Part shown: piece after piece, positions 18,571 to 27,740 of the stretch
Layout of the letters: every line of letters begins with the position of its first letter
Numbering within the stretch: position 1 is the stretch's first letter
Assembly (NCBI GenBank): GCA_963677595.1
Contig: OY782041.1
Coordinates: 1,984,001-2,048,000 of the forward strand
Reading direction: 5' to 3'
DNA from: Spirochaetia bacterium
GTDB taxonomy: Bacteria; Spirochaetota; Spirochaetia; CAKZLE01
DNA length: 64,000 bases
Made by a program: the position numbers and the translations under genes
Notes under the pieces: generated by a model
Told to the model about the DNA's origin: nothing
The model's database searches: none
Seen by the model: only the letters and a program-made list of their open reading frames with translations

Positions 18571-20871
18571 ATGTATTTCAATAAGATACCCCACCCCTAT
18601 AATTTCATCCCATGGGAACAGGCTGATGGATCAACACAGGTCACCCTGAAGGACTTGGGGGAGGATGTGTTCCACATCACCATCAGCGATGATGCAAGGT
18701 GGCCCGGACCACGGTATGAGTCCCTGATCCAGGAGGAGGGGCTCTCGTTCAACGGGGCATCGGACTGTTCCGTCACGATCAATGAGACAGGCTCCCTGGC
18801 TGTCGGCAGGGGTGAGGGGACCCTGCTGGCTCCCTATCCTGCACTGCCTTTCGGAATCCTGAAGGATTCCTGGCTGTGGTGCTTCTCCCTGGAAGACTCC
18901 ATGAGGTTCTACGGTATGGGCGAGAAGAACATCGGGTTCGAGAAATCGGGACTACGGACGAAGTTCTGGAACACCGATGGCTGGGCTGACTTCGCCGATG
19001 AGGAGATCAGGAACGGGGTGACCGACCCTATGTATGCATCATTCCCGATTCTGATCATCCGGAACCGTGAGAGCTGGGCTGCCCTGCTCATACCGACTGC
19101 ATCGCCTGTCTTCATGGATACCGGGGCACGCCAGGTCATAGAGGGGGTGTCGGACACGGGGGCGAATGACCAGTTCTTCTATCTCGGGGCAACAGGGACT
19201 GCCCCGGAGATGTATCTTGTCATTGACGGGGATCCAATATCAATGGTCTCGAAGATTCAGAGACTCTGCGGGGTGACCCCGAGACCGCCGCTCTGGGCGC
19301 TCGGCTACCACCAGTCCAGATGGGGGTATTCGACTTGTGACCACCTGCATGAGCTGGACCAGGAGTTCAGGGAGTGCGGGATCCCCTGTGACGGCCTCTG
19401 GATCGATATCGACTACATGGACGGGTACCGGGTCTTCTCCCTGAATGAGCAGGTCTCACCGGGCCTTGAGGGACACCTGAAGAGACTCAAGGCTAACGGC
19501 AGGAGGGTCGTCCCGATCCTGGACCCGGGAGTGAAGGTCGATCCTGGTTACATGCCCTGTAACGATGGCTTGGATAAGGGAATATTCTGTCAGACTGCTG
19601 AAGGAAGACCATTTGTGGGGTTTGTCTGGCCTGGAGCATCCTACTTCCCGGACTTCTCCAAGGAAGCGGGGCGCACCTGGTGGGCGGCAAAGACAGCGGA
19701 TCTTGCCCGTAAGGGCTTCGAGGGATTCTGGATCGACATGAACGACCCGAGCACCGGGTCGGTTGATCTCGATGATATGCTTTTCAGGGACGGGAGTCTC
19801 CCCCATGCGGCATACCATAATGCCTATGGGCTGGGAATGGCCGAGGCAACAGTGATGGGCCTAAAAGAAGCTAATCCTGGTAATCGTCCCTTCGTCCTAT
19901 CAAGAAGCGGGACGATCGGGAACAGCAGGTTCGGGGCTCTGTGGACCGGGGATAACATCTCGAACTACCACCACCTGAGAAAGAGCCTTGAGATGGTCCT
20001 GAGCCTCTCGGTCTCAGGGCTGCCGTTCGTCGGCTCCGATGTAGGCGGGTTCGGTGGGGATGCTTCCAAGGAGAACTATATCGACTGGTACAAGGCGAAT
20101 TACCTGATGCCCTTCATGCGAAACCACAGTGCGGACGGCACCCGGGAACAGGAACCATGGACCTTCGATGAGGAAGTCCTCCACATCGTGAGGAGCTGCG
20201 TCCGGGCGCGGTACGCCCTGCTCCCCTACCTATACATGCAGTTCATATGGCAGGAGAAGGACGGTATACCGATCGTCAGGCCGATGATCTTCCAGTTCCC
20301 CGATGACCTGCGGTTCGAGGGGAATGCAACACAGTTCATGATCGGGGATGACCTCATGCAAGCTCCCAACCTCAGGGAAGAGAGTCATGGGAAAAACCGG
20401 ACGATCCTCATCCCTGAAGGAGGATGGTTTGACCTGTATGATGGGACATGGATCGAGGGCCCTAGTGAACATAGGATCACAGATGCCGGAGATGCACTCC
20501 ACCTGTTTGCCAGGGGCGGGGCAGTGATCCCGATACTCACCGAACCCGATACCATCGATTCCACGGGGGATATAGATCTCTCGCAAGCCGGGTTCCTGGT
20601 CATAGTTGATGAGGGAACACCAAGGGCAGAATATACCTATCACTATGATGACGGGTTAAGTTTCGCTTACCGGCAAGGCGAAGAGTCAGTGGTAACCCTT
20701 AGGTATCGAATGGAGGGTGCTGGACTGACGGTCGACTGCAGTGACCCTGGAGCCCATATCATGTGTGTCGGGGATATAGCAGGTATGATCGTGAATGGGA
20801 AGGGAACTGAAGTGAAAGAGGGCAGGGTCCCCCTGCCGGGAATGGGGTGTTCTGTCCGTATTCCCGGGTAG
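18571..20871 (+). CDS. GH31 alpha-glucosidase
   Basis: WALGYHQSRWGY, WIDIDYM, WPG, WIDMND (nucleophile), HNAYG, WTGDN (acid/base), GSDVGGF, RNHS. Confidence 0.92.
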   Translation: MYFNKIPHPYNFIPWEQADGSTQVTLKDLGEDVFHITISDDARWPGPRYESLIQEEGLSFNGASDCSVTINETGSLAVGRGEGTLLAPYPALPFGILKDSWLWCFSLEDSMRFYGMGEKNIGFEKSGLRTKFWNTDGWADFADEEIRNGVTDPMYASFPILIIRNRESWAALLIPTASPVFMDTGARQVIEGVSDTGANDQFFYLGATGTAPEMYLVIDGDPISMVSKIQRLCGVTPRPPLWALGYHQSRWGYSTCDHLHELDQEFRECGIPCDGLWIDIDYMDGYRVFSLNEQVSPGLEGHLKRLKANGRRVVPILDPGVKVDPGYMPCNDGLDKGIFCQTAEGRPFVGFVWPGASYFPDFSKEAGRTWWAAKTADLARKGFEGFWIDMNDPSTGSVDLDDMLFRDGSLPHAAYHNAYGLGMAEATVMGLKEANPGNRPFVLSRSGTIGNSRFGALWTGDNISNYHHLRKSLEMVLSLSVSGLPFVGSDVGGFGGDASKENYIDWYKANYLMPFMRNHSADGTREQEPWTFDEEVLHIVRSCVRARYALLPYLYMQFIWQEKDGIPIVRPMIFQFPDDLRFEGNATQFMIGDDLMQAPNLREESHGKNRTILIPEGGWFDLYDGTWIEGPSEHRITDAGDALHLFARGGAVIPILTEPDTIDSTGDIDLSQAGFLVIVDEGTPRAEYTYHYDDGLSFAYRQGEESVVTLRYRMEGAGLTVDCSDPGAHIMCVGDIAGMIVNGKGTEVKEGRVPLPGMGCSVRIPG

Positions 20872-20875
20872 GTGG

Positions 20876-21658
20876 TTATCCTTTAGCCCATTCCCAGGGG
20901 GTGGAGGCGTTCTGGACGCAGTACTTGCCCCCGGTGATTTCGATATCGGTGCCGGTAAAGTACCCGGCTTCGTCTGAAGAAAGGTAGACGATGAGCTTGG
21001 AGAGGTCCTCCGGCTTTCCGAGCCTGTGGAGTGCGACATTCTCGACGTACTTCTCGCCGTTCTCCTTGATGGAATCCTCACTCATCTCGGTCTGGATCAT
21101 CCCGGGGATATACCCGAAGACCCGAATCCCGTAGGGGGCGAAGTTAGCGGCAAGGCTCTTCGTGAGGTTCGATACCCCTGCCTTCGTCATGGCATAGAGG
21201 ACCCCCTGGCTGTGGGGAATCAGGGCAGCATAAGAGGAGGCATTGATGATGACCCCGCCCCTTCCGAGGGTGATCATATGCCGAGCAGCTATTCTTGAGC
21301 CCTCATATACAGCCCTGAGGTTAGTGTTTACGGTAGTATCCCAGTCCTCATCGGTGAAATCGAGTACCTTCTGGTTTATTGCCACTCCGGCATTGTTGAT
21401 CCAGACATCAAGTGCCCCATCCCTTTCCACGATCTTATTTGCCATGTCCTGCATGCCAGCCCTGTCGGTGACATCAAGTGTCCAGCAGGTGATATCGTAT
21501 CCCTGGTCCTGACACCAAGCACTGAACTCGGCATTCCGCTTCTCGTTCCTCCCGCAGACATGGACATGTGCCCCGGCTTTAGCAAATTCGATCGCTATGG
21601 CTTTCCCGATACCGGCTGTTCCGCCGGTGATGACTGCGACCCTGTATGTGTTCTTCAT
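20876..21658 (-). CDS. SDR family NAD(P)-dependent oxidoreductase
   Basis: TGGTAGIG, NNAG, YAMTK, PGMIQT. Confidence 0.93.
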   Translation of the reverse strand: MKNTYRVAVITGGTAGIGKAIAIEFAKAGAHVHVCGRNEKRNAEFSAWCQDQGYDITCWTLDVTDRAGMQDMANKIVERDGALDVWINNAGVAINQKVLDFTDEDWDTTVNTNLRAVYEGSRIAARHMITLGRGGVIINASSYAALIPHSQGVLYAMTKAGVSNLTKSLAANFAPYGIRVFGYIPGMIQTEMSEDSIKENGEKYVENVALHRLGKPEDLSKLIVYLSSDEAGYFTGTDIEITGGKYCVQNASTPWEWAKG

Positions 21659-21755
21659 GGTATTGGTTCCTTTTTCTGTGAGGTTCTATGATCTTGGTGA
21701 AACTCGTAACTTTGTCTAATACCCAGCGTTTCCGAACGTGAGATAGCGTGCCGTA

Positions 21756-22430
21756 TCATTCATCGTATTTTACTAAAGACAGGATACTGTCATTATAGAC
21801 ATTCATGAGATGTTCATCGATATATTTCACGAGGTCAGGGATGTTGTTTTCCTTGATCGCCTCTAAGATCCTATTGTGAGCATCCTGAGCTCGAAGGATA
21901 TTCTCGTCAGTAAACGTATTGGTCCTGAAGAGCTCACTCTGTGCCCTGATGTTCTGGTACATTACCATGAGCCGTGAGTTCTCGGCAAGTTTGAAGATGG
22001 TAAGATGGAAGCGACGGTCATAATGGAGGAACGACTCAAAATCACTCTTTACCTTCTGCTGCCTGGCCTGAGTCTTTTCCAACTGGTCAACCAGTTTGTC
22101 ATGGTTCTTGCTGATAGCAAGTTTGCAGGCGGTCTCTTCCATCATGATACGCAGCTCATATACAGCCTTGACATCTTCCAGGGTAGGTTTATAGACATAG
22201 CTCCCCTTGTTCGGGATGATTGTGACCAGGTGCTCGAGGGACAACCGCTCGATCGCCTTGATCACCGGGGACCTGCTCACGCCAAAGTAGTTCGCCAGGT
22301 CAATGATCTCAAGCCGTTCACCCCACTTGAATTTACCTGTCAGGATGTCTTCCTTGATCTTGTGATAGGCCTGCTGGCTTAATGAGTCGACTTTTAGTGT
22401 TCCAGAAGCTCTCTCTTCCCCTTTTGCCAT
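21756..22430 (-). CDS. GntR family regulator (FCD domain)
   Basis: GVSRSPVIKA wHTH, YELRIMME, DRRFH. Confidence 0.92.
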   Translation of the reverse strand: MAKGEERASGTLKVDSLSQQAYHKIKEDILTGKFKWGERLEIIDLANYFGVSRSPVIKAIERLSLEHLVTIIPNKGSYVYKPTLEDVKAVYELRIMMEETACKLAISKNHDKLVDQLEKTQARQQKVKSDFESFLHYDRRFHLTIFKLAENSRLMVMYQNIRAQSELFRTNTFTDENILRAQDAHNRILEAIKENNIPDLVKYIDEHLMNVYNDSILSLVKYDE

Positions 22431-22549
22431 ACATTACTCGCTTTAAATTTTACAGCAATTATACTATAAACGGCTTATTGAATGCAACATATAGTAACAA
22501 AAGCTGCATGTGTCCCCATTATTGCTCCATTAATCATAGAACTTGTTAA

Positions 22550-22564
22550 ATGCAACATGTTCAT
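22550..22564. promoter_or_regulatory. Putative GntR operator (variant of ATCCAACATGTTGGAT) upstream of gntR
   Basis: ATGCAACATGTTCAT; a half-site ATGCAACAT also occurs at ~22482. Confidence 0.6.
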
Positions 22565-22603
22565 ACCAGATTGGTGTGGTTGTACACATACTCTGGTATG
22601 AAC
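22559..22603 (-). terminator. Inverted repeat downstream of DapA-family gene
   Basis: GTTCATACCAGA ... TCTGGTATGAAC 12-bp arms plus an inner stem. Confidence 0.6.
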
Positions 22604-22621
22604 TTTGCCTGAGCTCTTTCG

Positions 22622-23605
22622 TTATGAGATGATCCCGCATGCTGTGAGAGCAACTTTCAGCTCAGCTACCTCCTCGGTTGTCAGGTTCTCAAGCGGTTCC
22701 CTGACAATACCTCCAGGCTGTCCGGCAAGTTCCATCGATTTCTTCAGGACTGATTGGTATACGGACGTAGCCCTGCCGCCGACTTCCTGCTCGATAGTGG
22801 TGGGAATCCTTCGCTTAGCAACACATCGACCGATGAACTTGTGGTATGGGATCAGTTTGTCCAGCCAGGCCTTCATGGTATCATAGTCTTTCTGCATAGC
22901 GGCATCGTACATCCCGTATGCGATGTCGGGAGCGAAGCAGATAAGCTCTGTCACGAATGACCTGCATCCCAGCAGGGCTTCATAGATGAAATAGATATTC
23001 CCGATGCCGCAGCAGACGGTGAAATCCTCAGGATCTATCTCTTCCATCATCCAATAGGCTTTTTCCATGGTCGTGGCATTCTCTTTCGATGCGATGATGT
23101 TCGGTACCTTCGATAAACGCTGCATGATGTCCACGGGTATCTGCATCTTGGAGGTGCTCGGGTTGTTGTACACCATCACTCCGATATCGAGCTTCTCCGC
23201 GATCTTTGAAAAATGACGGTACAGCCCTTCATCAGCGGTCATCAGGTAATAGGGGTTCGTGATCATCGCACAGTCAATACCCAGGTCCTGGGCTTGCAGG
23301 CTCATATCAATAGAGAGTTTCGTCGCTGCCCGTCCTGTCCCGGCTATGATCGGAACCTTCCCGTTGGCAGTCTCCACGACGGTCTTGATCATTGCGAGGG
23401 ATTCCTCATCGGTCATGGCATAGAATTCTGAAGTACTCCCGGCTATCATGATACAGCCGTCCTTTCCCTCCATCTGTTCCACCGCAAATTGGGCTGTGGC
23501 TCTCATTGCCCCAAGGTCGAGAGATTCATCATCATTGAAGTGGGTTGGAAGCAGCGCAAGCGGCCCCTTGAGTTTCGCCTGCATCTCTTTTGGTGAAAGT
23601 CCCAT
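22622..23605 (-). CDS. DapA/NanA-family Schiff-base lyase (aldolase/dehydratase) #1
   Basis: GSTSEF, NPYY, YNNP, catalytic Lys in ASKEN; paralog of 55845-56825. Confidence 0.9.
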   Translation of the reverse strand: MGLSPKEMQAKLKGPLALLPTHFNDDESLDLGAMRATAQFAVEQMEGKDGCIMIAGSTSEFYAMTDEESLAMIKTVVETANGKVPIIAGTGRAATKLSIDMSLQAQDLGIDCAMITNPYYLMTADEGLYRHFSKIAEKLDIGVMVYNNPSTSKMQIPVDIMQRLSKVPNIIASKENATTMEKAYWMMEEIDPEDFTVCCGIGNIYFIYEALLGCRSFVTELICFAPDIAYGMYDAAMQKDYDTMKAWLDKLIPYHKFIGRCVAKRRIPTTIEQEVGGRATSVYQSVLKKSMELAGQPGGIVREPLENLTTEEVAELKVALTACGIIS

Positions 23606-23679
23606 TCGTTCTGACTCCTTTTAAGAAAAAAGTTCTATCTCCATACATGATGAAGATAGAACTGTATCGTGTAAGAAAA

Positions 23680-24600
23680 TTAGACCAGCTTGATATCAGG
23701 ATAGACCTGCACAAGGCTGTCAAACAGGATCTGCTTGTCATCAGCAGTAAGGTCCACTGCAGGAAGCCGTGGGAGACCGACATCCATTCCCTGCATCTTC
23801 AGGGCATTCTTGATCATCGGCAGCCAGTGCGGATCATCGTTTGCCCGTCGGATATACATGAAGTAGTATGCGATCGGGAGCATCTTCTTCCAGATCTCGA
23901 TTCCCTTCTTCAGGTCCTTCTCTTTGTCGATCGCATCGAACAGCTCGACACAGAGGTCAGGTACCACGTTCGGAAGCCCTGACAGCCATCCGTCAGCACC
24001 GACGCAGAACGCCTCAAGCGGTGAATAGTCATGGCCGTAGAGTACGCTGACAGCGTCTTTGTTGATGTACTTCATGTAATCACATCGCATGGAATCACCA
24101 TGGGCTGCCTTAACAGAATTCACGGCTCCCTCGTCAGCGAGGATCTTGACCTGAGCCGGAGTAAGTTCATATCCAGCGAACCAGGGGTTGTTATATACCA
24201 TGAGAGGTCCGCCCCAGGCCTTGGAAACAGCCCGCAGGTGGTTCATGGCAGCTTCTACATTCGGTTTGTAGTAGAAGGGGAGCAGGCACATTACGCCGTC
24301 AGCCCCGACATCCCGATACTTCTTCACGGTCTCGCATGCGATCTTGGTCGAATACCCGATATAGCCTGCATAGACAGGTACTCGTCCAGCTGCGGCTTCG
24401 ACAGATGTCTTCACGACCTGGACTCGTTCTTCTTCGGTCAATGCAGCTCCCTCACCAGTTGAACCAACGGGAGAGATACCATGTACCCCTTTCCCGATCA
24501 ACCATTCGATGAATTGTTTCTGCCCTTCAAGATCAAGGTTGCCCTGATCGTCGAATACGGTAAGCATTGCGGGGATGATCCCTCTTGGTCCTTTTTCCAT
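23680..24600 (-). CDS. DapA/NanA-family Schiff-base lyase #2
   Basis: GSTGE, PFYY, YNNP, SVKAAHG. Confidence 0.9.
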   Translation of the reverse strand: MEKGPRGIIPAMLTVFDDQGNLDLEGQKQFIEWLIGKGVHGISPVGSTGEGAALTEEERVQVVKTSVEAAAGRVPVYAGYIGYSTKIACETVKKYRDVGADGVMCLLPFYYKPNVEAAMNHLRAVSKAWGGPLMVYNNPWFAGYELTPAQVKILADEGAVNSVKAAHGDSMRCDYMKYINKDAVSVLYGHDYSPLEAFCVGADGWLSGLPNVVPDLCVELFDAIDKEKDLKKGIEIWKKMLPIAYYFMYIRRANDDPHWLPMIKNALKMQGMDVGLPRLPAVDLTADDKQILFDSLVQVYPDIKLV

Positions 24601-24640
24601 ATCCTATCTCCTTAAATATAATGTATACCATGCAACTTGC

Positions 24641-24656
24641 ATCCAACATGTTGGAT
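24641..24656. promoter_or_regulatory. Putative GntR operator, perfect palindrome
   Basis: ATCCAACATGTTGGAT, 40 bp upstream of the leftward dapA-like operon. Confidence 0.8.
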
Positions 24657-24810
24657 ATATCCTAGCACCAAGATTTTGCTTTGTCAATAAAGATTATGCA
24701 TCAACTTTCTTGTGCGATTGCTATATAGTTTACAAATATAGTAACTGATTAGACTTACTGCAGGCTTCCAGGCGGGAAATATTGACATATTGCATAAAGG
24801 AAAGTTTCTA

Positions 24811-24857
24811 TTGACTTATGATATTTTTCATTTATACTTATATCTAACATGTTGGAT
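24811..24857 (+). promoter_or_regulatory. sigma70 promoter plus second GntR operator for the rightward operon
   Basis: TTGACT (24811) -16 bp- TATACT (24833); ATCTAACATGTTGGAT at 24842-24857. Confidence 0.75.
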
Positions 24858-24880
24858 GAAGGATTGGAGGGCCAATACTG

Positions 24881-25966
24881 ATGAGAAACGGAGCACCGCT
24901 CGTCTTAGGAGCAGGTAGGTATGTTCAAGGCCCAGGGTTGCTGGCAACCATTGCGAAGGAAGTATCCTACCTGGGTACGAAAGCAGTGATCCTTGCCGAG
25001 GAACTCCCCTGGGATACATTCAAGGACACCATTACCTCAAGTCTGGAGGATGCTTCAATCCCTTATATAGTGTTCCCGTTTTCCGGGTACTGTTCCGATT
25101 CCGTGACTTCAAAACTTGCAGAGGCAGTGAAGCAGGAAGCTGCTGACCTGGTGATAGGGGTTGGCGGCGGCAAGGCGATGGATGCCGCAAAATGGGGTGC
25201 CTATCAAGCTGGTGTGCAGGTGCTGAACGTGCCTACGACCGTCACGACCTGTGCTGCCTCGGTAACCCTTTGTGTCTTATATGATGACGATGGGGCCATG
25301 AATCGAGTGGAATTCACGGACCGGGCTGTCGGTTGCGTTCTCATTGACACCGACCTGATCGTGAACCAGTGTCCTGCCAGGCATTTTGCCGCAGGGATCG
25401 CCGATGCCCTGGCAAAAGAGCCGGAGATGTACTTCAGTGAGAGGTTTGCCCAGAATTGGGAGGACTCAGTACTGCCGACAGCCGGGGCCCTTGTCAGCCA
25501 GTTCACGGCAAGTGAGTATTTCTCGTATGGATTGCAGGCGCTGGAAGACCTGAAAGCCGGGAAGGTGACCGATGCCGTAGATGACGTCGTTGCTTTGAAT
25601 GTTGTCATGACCGGGCTGGTCTCGAGTTTTGCAAGCGGTGGAAAGCAGCTGGCACTGGCTCACTCCCTGTATGACTGCACCACCATCCTGTTCAAGCCGC
25701 AGCGTGCAAAATACCTGCACGGTGAGATCGTCTCCTGTGGAATACCAATCCAGCTTGCAGTCAACGGCTATGATGAGCAGAGGATCAAGTCGGTGATCGA
25801 ATTCCTGAAGAAGTTAGGTACACCGACGAAGCTCAGCGATATCGAGATAAAACCAACAGAGGAGAATATTGAGACTATCCTCAATTACATGTTCACAACC
25901 ATGGATATAAGGGATACAGCGATGCAGGATCGTATTCGTGAGGGCATTAGGCTGATCTCTCATTGA
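24881..25966 (+). CDS. Glycerol dehydrogenase-like (family III metal-dependent polyol dehydrogenase)
   Basis: RYVQG, GVGGGKAMD, PTT, IADALAK, LAHS, LHGE. Confidence 0.88.
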   Translation: MRNGAPLVLGAGRYVQGPGLLATIAKEVSYLGTKAVILAEELPWDTFKDTITSSLEDASIPYIVFPFSGYCSDSVTSKLAEAVKQEAADLVIGVGGGKAMDAAKWGAYQAGVQVLNVPTTVTTCAASVTLCVLYDDDGAMNRVEFTDRAVGCVLIDTDLIVNQCPARHFAAGIADALAKEPEMYFSERFAQNWEDSVLPTAGALVSQFTASEYFSYGLQALEDLKAGKVTDAVDDVVALNVVMTGLVSSFASGGKQLALAHSLYDCTTILFKPQRAKYLHGEIVSCGIPIQLAVNGYDEQRIKSVIEFLKKLGTPTKLSDIEIKPTEENIETILNYMFTTMDIRDTAMQDRIREGIRLISH

Positions 25967-26020
25967 GATGGGGAGATATAAGTTTTTCATGTTTGAAAGT
26001 TTCTAAGGAGGAAAAACAAG

Positions 26021-27070
26021 ATGGCAAAAAAACTGTTTTTGTGTGTGTTGATCGTGCTCTGCAGTATCTCACTGGTTACTGCCCAGGGACAAGCAGAGAC
26101 CGCATCGAGTGGGTCGGGGATCCAGCCGATGACGATCACCTTCTCACACCCGGATGTCGTTGATCCTAATCAGCATTCTCAGGGTGGGGCGCTGTTCTTC
26201 AAGGACTATATCGAAGAGAAGTCAGGTGGGGCTATCAAGGTCAACATCCAGGGCGGCGGCGCTCTCGGTGGTTCTGCAGAACTGCAGGAGATGGTCATGA
26301 ACAACACGATCCCGAACCATGTCAGTATCGGGCATACTGAGGGTACGATAGCTCCCGTCTTCCCTGATATCCAGGTGCTTACTATTCCATACCTGTTTGA
26401 TGACGTAGATATGGCGCTCGGCATCATGGATGGCCCGTTCGGCGACAAGCTGTTCGACATGCTGGCTGACAAGACCGGTATCAGGGTCCTTGGGGTCTAT
26501 GATAACGGGTTCCGATCCCTCATGAACAATGTCCGGCCGATCCACACCCCGGCAGATGTGAAAGGCCTGAAGATCCGAGTCATGTCGATCAAGTCGCATC
26601 AGGCGATTATCCAGAATCTTGGCGGTATCCCCATCGTTGTTCCATGGTCAGAACTCTATACAGCACTCCAGACCGGCGTTGTTGACGGCTGCGAGAACTC
26701 ACCACCAACCTTGGTGCTTGGCTCACTCCATGAAGTGAATAAGTACCTGACCCTTGATGGTCATGTATATAGCCAGGTTCATGTAATCGTGAATGATGAT
26801 TGGCTGAATGGTCTTCCTGCAGCAAACAAGAAACTGGTCGAGGACGCCTGTGCGGCAACCGGTATAAAGATCAGAGAACTGATGCTTGAAGAGCAGAAGA
26901 TTGCTTTAGGCATCATCGGGGAGCAGTGTGAGATCTATGACCCGACTCCTGCTGAGAAGGCGATGTTCAGGGAAGCAATCCAGGAACCGGTCAAAGGCCT
27001 TATCGCTGAACTCCTTGATACTCCATCGTTGATCGATGAGATCCTGAAATATGCTGAGGAAGCAAGATAA
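26021..27070 (+). CDS. dctP: TRAP transporter substrate-binding protein DctP (system 1)
   Basis: NGFRS, GLKIRVM (carboxylate-binding Arg), ELYTALQTGVVDG. Confidence 0.93.
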   Translation: MAKKLFLCVLIVLCSISLVTAQGQAETASSGSGIQPMTITFSHPDVVDPNQHSQGGALFFKDYIEEKSGGAIKVNIQGGGALGGSAELQEMVMNNTIPNHVSIGHTEGTIAPVFPDIQVLTIPYLFDDVDMALGIMDGPFGDKLFDMLADKTGIRVLGVYDNGFRSLMNNVRPIHTPADVKGLKIRVMSIKSHQAIIQNLGGIPIVVPWSELYTALQTGVVDGCENSPPTLVLGSLHEVNKYLTLDGHVYSQVHVIVNDDWLNGLPAANKKLVEDACAATGIKIRELMLEEQKIALGIIGEQCEIYDPTPAEKAMFREAIQEPVKGLIAELLDTPSLIDEILKYAEEAR

Positions 27071-27157
27071 TAACATCTAATGTGAAGAGGGCCGGGTTCC
27101 CGATGTGTATACAGCGGCAGCCCGGCTTCCTGATCGAATTCAAACGAGGAGCCTTCT

Positions 27158-27739
27158 ATGGGACCAGTGAAACTAAAACATGGCACGATGCCCGATGCAC
27201 ATAAGGAAACAGCAGATGCTTTCAGGCCCAATAGCAAGGTCTCTGCATTCTTCAAATGGGTCGTGCTTATCTGTGAGAAAATTTGCATGACTATCATCAT
27301 CACGCTCCTGGTCCTGGTCTCTGCTGGTATTTTCCTTCGTATGGTGAATATCGGGATACCCTGGGTCGAGGAGGTCTGTCTCTACCTGATGGTCTGGCTC
27401 GGTATGATTGGTGCTGTAATTCTGGTGGTCGAGGAAGGCCATGTGTGTATCACATTCCTGTTTGAGAAGTTCCCGCTCAGAGTACAGTTGACACTCAAGC
27501 TGGTGTTCGAGGCCCTTATGGTCTATGCCCTGGTCATCTATATCAAGTATGGCTGGGTCTATATGGTCAATGGGAAGAAGACGGCATCGACTTCCCTGCC
27601 TATCACACGGATGATCCCAAATGCAGCTATCCCTGTTGGGGCGGTGTTGATGTCGCTCTGTCTGATTCTCCTGATGGTTCGTGATGTCAGGAGGTTCATA
27701 TGGAGTTATACGAACAGAACCTGGGAACGGGAGGAATAG
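27158..27739 (+). CDS. dctQ: TRAP small permease DctQ (system 1)
   Basis: WVEEV, GHV, 4 TM; lies between dctP and dctM. Confidence 0.88.
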   Translation: MGPVKLKHGTMPDAHKETADAFRPNSKVSAFFKWVVLICEKICMTIIITLLVLVSAGIFLRMVNIGIPWVEEVCLYLMVWLGMIGAVILVVEEGHVCITFLFEKFPLRVQLTLKLVFEALMVYALVIYIKYGWVYMVNGKKTASTSLPITRMIPNAAIPVGAVLMSLCLILLMVRDVRRFIWSYTNRTWEREE

Positions 27740-27740
27740 T

